Source: a virus. Taken from it: DNA of 64,000 nucleotides. The stretch is taken from positions 107,369-171,368 of IMG/VR virus record IMGVR_UViG_3300047557_001530; one strand, given 5' to 3'. Under the pieces are notes generated by a model that saw nothing but the letters and a program-made list of their open reading frames with translations, ran no database searches and was not told the DNA's origin. Positions within the stretch are counted from its first letter, which is position 1. Every line of letters starts with the position of its first letter. Shown here piece after piece: positions 58,926 through 64,000 of the stretch. The position numbers and the translations under genes are program-made.

Positions 58926-59328
58926 TGTCCGTCACCGAAGACAATATGTAGCAACAAAACCCCGTAATTGGGATGCTTGGAATGCTGGTCTGGTAAATGA
59001 TACACCTAATGTAGCAATACAGAAGGTGTTTCAAGCACTTCGTAATGACCAAGATATTGAATTGATTATTGTTTCTGGTCGCTCAGATGACTATAAGGAA
59101 CAAACTATCAAGTGGTTGACCGACAACGAAATCTTTTACGATGAGATCTATATGAGAAAGTATAAGGATCATCGTGATGATGCTGTTGTGAAAGCAGAAA
59201 TTGCTGACGAAATTGAGAAGACACACAAAATTCTTGGTGTGTTTGATGATCGCCAGCGTGTTGTCAACATGTGGATTGAGCGTGGCATCTGGGTGTTTGA
59301 TGTGGGACAAGGCAAGGGACAGTTTTGA
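58867..59328 (+). CDS. HAD 3'-phosphatase (T4 PseT C-terminal domain-like)
   Basis: FDLDGT, VSGR, MR...DHRDDAVVK, FDDR..VV.MW...G. Confidence 0.88.
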   Translation: MSNVELKKCFVFDLDGTICDVRHRRQYVATKPRNWDAWNAGLVNDTPNVAIQKVFQALRNDQDIELIIVSGRSDDYKEQTIKWLTDNEIFYDEIYMRKYKDHRDDAVVKAEIADEIEKTHKILGVFDDRQRVVNMWIERGIWVFDVGQGKGQF

Positions 59329-59373
59329 AACTGACACAAGGGGGTTGACACCCTCTTTTTTATGGTCTATACT
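59320..59373 (+). promoter_or_regulatory. Palindrome, terminator and sigma70 promoter module
   Basis: CAGTT-TTGA-AACTG; AAGGGGG-TTGACA-CCCTCTT plus T run; TTGACA(59345)-17-TATACT. Confidence 0.75.
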
Positions 59374-59396
59374 GACTTCAGTTCAAACAAAAACAC

Positions 59397-59594
59397 ATGT
59401 CCAGTTCTTCTTCCTCTAGCGGTATCGGTTTTCCTGGTCTGCTGACTGTTCTGTTTGTTGGTCTGAAACTCACTGGTCATATCACTTGGCCATGGGTGTG
59501 GGTGCTGTCTCCGCTGTGGATTAGTGCCCTTATTGCTCTTACTTTTTTTGCTGTAGTGTTTATTCTTGCTATTGTTTCTGGTGTTTGGAAATGA
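59397..59594 (+). CDS. Small two-TM membrane protein
   Basis: SSSGIGF.GLLT.LF..LKLTG.I.WPW.WVLSPLWI, a motif common in phages. Confidence 0.8.
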   Translation: MSSSSSSSGIGFPGLLTVLFVGLKLTGHITWPWVWVLSPLWISALIALTFFAVVFILAIVSGVWK

Positions 59595-59773
59595 AACCAA
59601 AATATCATGTGATTCTTGAAATGGCAATCGAGCAAGGGGTTCAACGTGGTTGGCGTCTTGCTCACAAACATGTAGAAAATCCTGAAGAACATGTCATTCT
59701 AGACCGAATCAACGATGCTGTGATGTCTGCTATTACTGATTACTTTACTTTTGAAGATCATGACTTTATTTGA
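59591..59773 (+). CDS. Hypothetical protein
   Basis: ATGA-coupled; G...GW..AHKH.E.P. Confidence 0.7.
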   Translation: MKPKYHVILEMAIEQGVQRGWRLAHKHVENPEEHVILDRINDAVMSAITDYFTFEDHDFI

Positions 59774-60131
59774 TACTCTTGACCATTACATTAGCGAAGT
59801 CGAGGCAGATCTTGAAGGTTTGGCAATTGAGATTCGTGAAGAAACTAATTTTGAAGACAATGCCATTGAGTATTTGTCTGAGATGTATGACACAGTAAAA
59901 GAACATCGGGATAATTTGTTCAAAATCAAATCTGAACTTAAGCGTCTTCAACGTTACGATGATGAGATTTCAAAAGAAATGCCAGAAGATTACAAAGATT
60001 GGTGGCAAAACTCTAAAGAAGAGTGGCCATTAATTACTCGTCTTACTCTTGAAGGACGACGAGAAAGTATTGATCAACTTTATGATGACATTGACCACCT
60101 TCGTTATGAACTTGCTGGAGAAGATCTATGA
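59760..60131 (+). CDS. Hypothetical coiled-coil protein
   Basis: Operon packing. Confidence 0.65.
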   Translation: MTLFDTLDHYISEVEADLEGLAIEIREETNFEDNAIEYLSEMYDTVKEHRDNLFKIKSELKRLQRYDDEISKEMPEDYKDWWQNSKEEWPLITRLTLEGRRESIDQLYDDIDHLRYELAGEDL

Positions 60132-61171
60132 ACACCGTCCGTAAACTTGCTTCGATCAAACCGATTACCTACATCAAACCTATTGAAGGTGCTGATGCTA
60201 TTGAGTGTGCCATCGTTGATGGTGGTTGGCCTGTAGTTGTCAAGAAAGGCGAGTATCAGGTTGGTGATATTGCTATCTACCTTGAGATTGATAGTTGGGT
60301 TCCTCACGAACTCGCTCCATTCCTTAGTAAGGGTCAAGAACCCCGTGAGTATAATGGTGTGAAGGGTGAGCGTCTTCGTACTGTCAAACTTCGTGGTCAG
60401 GTAAGTCAGGGTCTTCTGCTACCGATTGAACTTACCTTCTGGCGTGACATTGGCACTGACCTTACCGAATCGCTTGGTATTCAGAAGTGGGAACCACCTA
60501 TCCCTGCTCAACTTCAAGGTACGATGAAGGGCAACTTTCCACACTTCATTCCTAAAACTGACCAGGAGCGTTGCCAAAACCTTCGTAAAGAAATCTTTGA
60601 AACTCACAAAGATAATACTTATGAAGTAACTCTCAAACTTGATGGTAGCAGCACCACCATTTATGTTAAAGATGGTGAGGTTGGCGTATGTTCTCGGAAC
60701 ATTGACTTGAAGGAAACTGAAGGTAATAGTTTCTGGAAAGCAGCACGAGAGCAGAATATCATTGAACCTCTTCTTGAACTCTCTAAAGAAAAAGGTGAAG
60801 AGTATGCCATTCAAGGTGAGTTGATTGGTGAGAGTATTCAGGGTAATCCTGAAAAACTCAAAGGTCAGCGTTTCTATCTGTTTGACATCTACAGCATCAC
60901 TGAAGGTCGTTATTTTGAACCATTTGAGCGTTATACCGTTCTCGACCAACTGAGGATGCTTGGTTCTGACATTGAGCACGTTCCCATCATTGACCAACAC
61001 GTTTTTCTCACCCAACAATACGAAACCATTGATGACCTTCTTAACTTTGCTGAAGGTCCATCGCTGAACCCACAAACCAAACGTGAAGGTATCGTATTCA
61101 AATCGTGGGATAGTGATTTCACTTTCAAAGCTATTGCCAACTCGTATCTCTTAAAGCATAAAGACCGATGA
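60128..61171 (+). CDS. RNA ligase, DRB0094/Rnl5-like family
   Basis: N-terminal OB fold (PIEGADAIE, EIDS, LRGQVSQGL), FIPKTDQER, KLDGSS, QGELIG, FDI, REGIVFK, FKAI. Confidence 0.9.
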   Translation: MNTVRKLASIKPITYIKPIEGADAIECAIVDGGWPVVVKKGEYQVGDIAIYLEIDSWVPHELAPFLSKGQEPREYNGVKGERLRTVKLRGQVSQGLLLPIELTFWRDIGTDLTESLGIQKWEPPIPAQLQGTMKGNFPHFIPKTDQERCQNLRKEIFETHKDNTYEVTLKLDGSSTTIYVKDGEVGVCSRNIDLKETEGNSFWKAAREQNIIEPLLELSKEKGEEYAIQGELIGESIQGNPEKLKGQRFYLFDIYSITEGRYFEPFERYTVLDQLRMLGSDIEHVPIIDQHVFLTQQYETIDDLLNFAEGPSLNPQTKREGIVFKSWDSDFTFKAIANSYLLKHKDR

Positions 61172-61449
61172 ATGAAGAAGAACTCCCAGTATCAAACGAA
61201 TTCATTACATTTGTAAGAATTCAACTTGACCACGAACAAAAGCAACAACTCAATCGTTTCCTGAACCTTCATTATCTTGGTGATGTGAATTGTAATGAGT
61301 ATGATGAGAACTTCAAACTTGTTGCCAAATACCCAGAGAAAGAAACAGAAGAGTTCAAAAATGCTATGTGGAGAGCAAATATGGTTCACGATTATCAAGT
61401 CAAAGTTGTGTATGATGTAAATGGTAAATGTAAATTGGAGTTGCTATGA
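61168..61449 (+). CDS. Hypothetical protein
   Basis: ATGA-coupled. Confidence 0.65.
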   Translation: MNEEELPVSNEFITFVRIQLDHEQKQQLNRFLNLHYLGDVNCNEYDENFKLVAKYPEKETEEFKNAMWRANMVHDYQVKVVYDVNGKCKLELL

Positions 61450-61718
61450 ACTACGAAACCGAAATCATAGATGGACGCAAAGCAGTTGTCCGTCACTTCT
61501 TCAAACCACACGAAATCCAAGTTGGTTCTCGTTGGGCACGGGCAGATGGTTCCAGAGGTTATGTGACCGTTGAGGAAATTAAAGTCTATCCTGCCTCAGA
61601 CCACGAAGAAAATCACTGGTATGAGATTTATTATTCTTGGGAAGAAAATGGTGTGAAGAAAACTTGGCAAAAAGAAACTTTTGCTTTCCAGTGTCGTTAT
61701 TGTTTGATTGTAGAATGA
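61446..61718 (+). CDS. Hypothetical protein
   Basis: GGAG RBS, ATGA-coupled. Confidence 0.7.
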   Translation: MNYETEIIDGRKAVVRHFFKPHEIQVGSRWARADGSRGYVTVEEIKVYPASDHEENHWYEIYYSWEENGVKKTWQKETFAFQCRYCLIVE

Positions 61719-61873
61719 ACTACCTCATCACCTATCATTACAAAAACGATTTGGAACAACGACACCAACAACACAAAACGATGCAGATGGCTATTGCAAC
61801 TGCTAATCTTTTGATTGCTCACGGAGATTATGTGATTGATAGTATTACTACTGAATATGGTGAAGAAGAATGA
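61715..61873 (+). CDS. Hypothetical protein
   Basis: ATGA-coupled. Confidence 0.55.
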   Translation: MNYLITYHYKNDLEQRHQQHKTMQMAIATANLLIAHGDYVIDSITTEYGEEE

Positions 61874-62130
61874 AACTCTTTCAATACGATAAAAAAGTTT
61901 GGGATAATGATGAAACTGACCGCACTTGGCAGTTCGGTGTCATCAACAATCGTTCATTACTGTGGGTGAATTATGAAAATCCCAGTAGTTTAGTCCATAG
62001 CAATGGTGGATTTCACATCATGCTCTCATTTCTTACTTCTTCTTCTCTTTTTGGAGTAGATTTTCAACTTGGTAAGGTTGGTTTGAGTTGTAACTTTTTT
62101 ACTGAATACTTTGATGGGTGGAATCACTGA
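61870..62130 (+). CDS. Hypothetical protein
   Basis: ATGA-coupled. Confidence 0.6.
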   Translation: MKLFQYDKKVWDNDETDRTWQFGVINNRSLLWVNYENPSSLVHSNGGFHIMLSFLTSSSLFGVDFQLGKVGLSCNFFTEYFDGWNH

Positions 62131-62330
62131 TGTTCAACTTCAAAGAGGACTGGGAAGAACCAACTCGTAAGGCAATTCAAAAAATGCTGACTTATAAAGG
62201 ATACATTCCATCACAAGACTTCAACGAGTATCAGTATCAAACCTATCTTCAAGTAGCACCATCACACGAACTGGAACTGGACATTATTAGTGTAGAAACG
62301 ATGCGTAAAGTAAATGATGAGGTATTATGA
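62130..62330 (+). CDS. Hypothetical protein
   Basis: TGATG coupling. Confidence 0.6.
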   Translation: MFNFKEDWEEPTRKAIQKMLTYKGYIPSQDFNEYQYQTYLQVAPSHELELDIISVETMRKVNDEVL

Positions 62331-62506
62331 AACTCTACAATCGTCCTATGAATTTCTTTGAGAAACTCCATTCTGGGTGGTGGTGGATAGGACAAATCTT
62401 TGATGAATGGTGTTATACTATGAGAAGTGAAGACGGAGAGTTCTTTAACTATCTTCAAAGTGATTATGTCCGTTATGAACAGGAAATGTATTATGACTAC
62501 GAATAA
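62327..62506 (+). CDS. Hypothetical protein (59 aa, not in the ORF track)
   Basis: GAGG RBS; MKLYNRPMNFFEK. Confidence 0.6.
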   Translation: MKLYNRPMNFFEKLHSGWWWIGQIFDEWCYTMRSEDGEFFNYLQSDYVRYEQEMYYDYE

Positions 62507-62720
62507 AGAACGAGCAGAAGAACTTCTAAAAGTTTTCTGGGAAAGTCAAGCACACAATCCTGCTTGGTTGCTCCAAGAAACTCTTCAACATCTTCGTAAG
62601 CAACTATCAGGAACCAATAAGATTGATTTTACTGATGAATTGGATGTAATGTTTAATGCTGGATGGGATGAATGTCTCAAAGAGATTGATGCTATTTGTG
62701 ATGAATTGGAGTTGCTATGA
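62493..62720 (+). CDS. Small protein related to the MTERAQ family
   Basis: KERAEELL...I.DELE.L. Confidence 0.6.
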   Translation: MTTNKERAEELLKVFWESQAHNPAWLLQETLQHLRKQLSGTNKIDFTDELDVMFNAGWDECLKEIDAICDELELL

Positions 62721-62938
62721 CTGAACGAGCACAACAATTAAGAGAAGTAGCACGACAAGCACTTTACAGAACTCCTAACGACCAAGAGTGTGAAGTTCCT
62801 ATTGCGGTTGCTGTTATTCGTGCTATTGTGAATGAACATCAATACTATCAGTTTTGTGAAGAAGCAGGTGTAGAAGATATGGTAGTTGATGCTCGGTTGC
62901 TTTATGAACTTGCTGATGAATTGGAGTCACTCAAATGA
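62717..62938 (+). CDS. MTERAQ-family small protein
   Basis: MTERAQ...AVIRA...ELADELE. Confidence 0.7.
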   Translation: MTERAQQLREVARQALYRTPNDQECEVPIAVAVIRAIVNEHQYYQFCEEAGVEDMVVDARLLYELADELESLK

Positions 62939-63153
62939 TTTTAGATGAAGAAGTCCTCAAACTTGCTAAATCTCACAAATTTGATGAATTTGTAGGGGAA
63001 AAAGATGATGAAACTGATGGAGTGTATTGGGAGTGTTGGGAGGAACAACTGATTGCCTTTGCCACAAAAATCTATCAAATGGGTTATGATGATGGTTGCT
63101 ACGAAACATCTTATTCTACTGGATACACTGGACTTTTTGGGGAACCACAATGA
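62935..63153 (+). CDS. MILxEE-family small acidic protein
   Basis: Paralog of 63538. Confidence 0.7.
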   Translation: MILDEEVLKLAKSHKFDEFVGEKDDETDGVYWECWEEQLIAFATKIYQMGYDDGCYETSYSTGYTGLFGEPQ

Positions 63154-63359
63154 TGACTAACACAGCACACCAAATCTGGGAAACATTCAAAGCAGAATTG
63201 ATTGTAGAACCTACAGATGATATGAAACAAGCATTAGCATCTTCTATTCGTGTGATTTCTTCTCTCATTCATAGAGATGGAGTGCTTGCAAATGAACCTT
63301 GGCTTACTCATACTGCTCAAGAACTGAATGAGATTGCTGATGATGTGGAGGCATTATGA
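63150..63359 (+). CDS. Small protein related to the MTERAQ family
   Basis: SSIRV...EIADDVEAL. Confidence 0.65.
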   Translation: MMTNTAHQIWETFKAELIVEPTDDMKQALASSIRVISSLIHRDGVLANEPWLTHTAQELNEIADDVEAL

Positions 63360-63538
63360 CTGAACGAGCACAAAAGATTATGAAAGCATACGAAGCAGAG
63401 GATACTTACAACTTTCCGAAGGATGGAGTTGCTGCTGCTATTCGTGCTTGTGCTGAACGACTTTGTACAGATTGGGGTGAACTACAGCACCCTGCCGATG
63501 TTCTTGAAGAAATTGCTAATGAATTGGAGGCACTCTAA
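63356..63538 (+). CDS. MTERAQ-family small protein
   Basis: MTERAQ...AAIRA...EIANELEAL. Confidence 0.7.
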   Translation: MTERAQKIMKAYEAEDTYNFPKDGVAAAIRACAERLCTDWGELQHPADVLEEIANELEAL

Positions 63539-63714
63539 TGATTTTAAATGAAGAAATCCTCAAACTTGTAAAAGAACATTTTGAAGAAGATTGGGATGAA
63601 AATGATGGTTGGGAGTATTCTGGAAACTTTGATGCCTTTGTGAAGTTTGCCCAAGAAATCTTTCAAATGGGTTATAATGAAGGTAGTTATGATATGTCCT
63701 ACTATGACGGTTGA
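63538..63714 (+). CDS. MILxEE-family small acidic protein (58 aa)
   Basis: MILNEEILKL...FA..I.QMGY..G.Y. Confidence 0.65.
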   Translation: MILNEEILKLVKEHFEEDWDENDGWEYSGNFDAFVKFAQEIFQMGYNEGSYDMSYYDG

Positions 63715-63719
63715 AAAAG

Positions 63720-63899
63720 ATGACTGAACAACCAACAGACACAGAAATCCTTGAATTTCTACTCAATCAGTTTCAAGGACATTCTCTCAAGATGAATGGT
63801 GAAAGTGATTGGGTTTTTATCAATACTGGATTTCCTATGAGTAGAGCAAAGGGTAGAACTGCCCGTGATGCTGTGATTGCTGCTATGAGGGCAAAATGA
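63720..63899 (+). CDS. Hypothetical protein
   Basis: PTDTEILEFL...RDAV.AAM. Confidence 0.6.
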   Translation: MTEQPTDTEILEFLLNQFQGHSLKMNGESDWVFINTGFPMSRAKGRTARDAVIAAMRAK

Positions 63900-64000
63900 C
63901 TTACGAAGAATTTTTAGATATTCCATTTAGTACTCTCAAAGATATTGAAACTATTTTTCTCTTGAAATACAAACATAATATGGATATTACCGAACAAGAA
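63896..64000 (+). CDS. Hypothetical protein (3'-truncated)
   Basis: ATGA-coupled and open to the window end. Confidence 0.45.
   Translation, partial: MTYEEFLDIPFSTLKDIETIFLLKYKHNMDITEQE

Overview
This window is 64 kb of an AT-rich T4-like cyanomyovirus (Kyanoviridae-type) genome. A Synechococcus-type host is inferred from psbA and cpeT. In order it contains: the 3' end of a repetitive fiber gene; psbA; a core replication/metabolism block (glutaredoxin, RNase H, speD, a tandem glutamine-riboswitch-like leader before a DUF4278-like peptide, thyX, phoH, exonuclease, gp33, gp32); and a baseplate/tail block (gp53, gp48, gp2, gp4, gp54-like, gp26/gp51, two tape-measure-like proteins with cell-wall hydrolase domains, hub, split gp5). 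These are followed by a cluster of about 13 tRNAs interleaved with structured non-coding elements and cpeT; a 3445-aa virion protein and tail-collar fiber genes; a helicase; and an early region of small ORFs containing a full RNA-repair set (Rnl1, split Pnk kinase and phosphatase, DRB0094-type ligase). The most notable observations are: a tRNA-Thr gene with a 45-nt structured insert inside the anticodon; a Ser/Thr-kinase domain fused to a tape-measure-like M23/amidase protein; a textbook -1 frameshift signal linking gp26 to gp51; and several unassigned structured RNAs. All calls are by eye, and no database searches were run.
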